Below are positions 63,603 through 64,000 of a DNA stretch of 64,000 bases, piece by piece (positions within the stretch are counted from its first letter, which is position 1; each line of letters starts with the position of its first letter). Both the position numbers and the translations under genes were made by a program. The notes below the pieces were generated by a model, which had not been told where the DNA came from, ran no database searches, and worked only from the letters and a program-made list of their open reading frames with translations. Source of the stretch: Bilabrum cf. latius (lineage: Eukaryota). The stretch covers positions 62,001 to 126,000 of the forward strand of contig OZ237770.1 of assembly GCA_965178125.1 (NCBI GenBank), read 5' to 3'.

Positions 63603-64000
63603 TCAGCCCCTTTGCATCTTGTACTAGCTGTCATCGCCGCCCGCCATGCTCTCCTGATGCTTCATCACGTTGTCCACCACGTGCTGGGCGAAGGGGTTGG
63701 AGCAGGTCCACGCCGGAGACACGGCGTTCAGCACGTGCGTGGACCGGGCGTCGCCCTCCACGAGGAAATCCATCACCAGGGAGCGCTTCTCGGTGTCCAC
63801 CAGCTGTGCCCTGATGCCTGCCTTGCCATACTCTGTGAAGTTCTCAAGACCCACGCCCTTGACAAGCTCGGAGGCGCCCTGCGCCATGTACTGCTTGGAA
63901 TACTTGCGCATCTCAGACATGGCAAGTCCCCTGAAATCAAAGGAGGCGTTCACGAAGAGTCCCATCTCGGTCATGGCGATGTCAATCAGTTCCTGCGCGT
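63603..64000 (-). CDS. lhgO: L-2-hydroxyglutarate oxidase-like FAD oxidoreductase, 3' part
   Basis: AGIRAQLVD, LVMDFLVE and STHVLNAVSPAWTCS. Reading TAG 63624 as sense gives a stop at TGA 63603. Confidence 0.8.

Noticed and set aside
1-64000. Pyrrolysine or selenocysteine decoding, or joint UAA+UAG reassignment
   Set aside because: The TAGs are numerous, non-catalytic and in Gln contexts. TAA and TGA end genes and are absent internally from intact genes.

Overview
Compact, GC-rich eukaryotic (protist-like) nuclear DNA with short GT-AG introns. The main signal is a non-standard genetic code. Nearly every real gene is split in the supplied ORF track only at in-frame TAG codons (about 90 by manual count), while genes end at TAA or TGA. 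TAG sits inside poly-Gln tracts and swaps with CAG between paralogues, so UAG most likely encodes Gln and UAA/UGA remain stops. Re-read this way, the window contains: a 3'-deleted DIRS/Ngaro-type retrotransposon with split direct repeats, plus a second left-end copy; a Gln-rich protein; a TBC+rhodanese protein; dCMP deaminase; a large low-complexity protein; a coiled-coil protein; a UIM/IBR/MYCBP2-type RING-Cys-relay E3 ligase; an S9 acylaminoacyl-peptidase; a hidden multi-pass membrane protein of about 1,570 aa; five DFG-less kinase-like paralogues, three with different tandem-repeat tails; and the 3' end of an LhgO-like FAD oxidase. All calls come from manual translation and recalled motifs. 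No database search was run and the organism is not identified.
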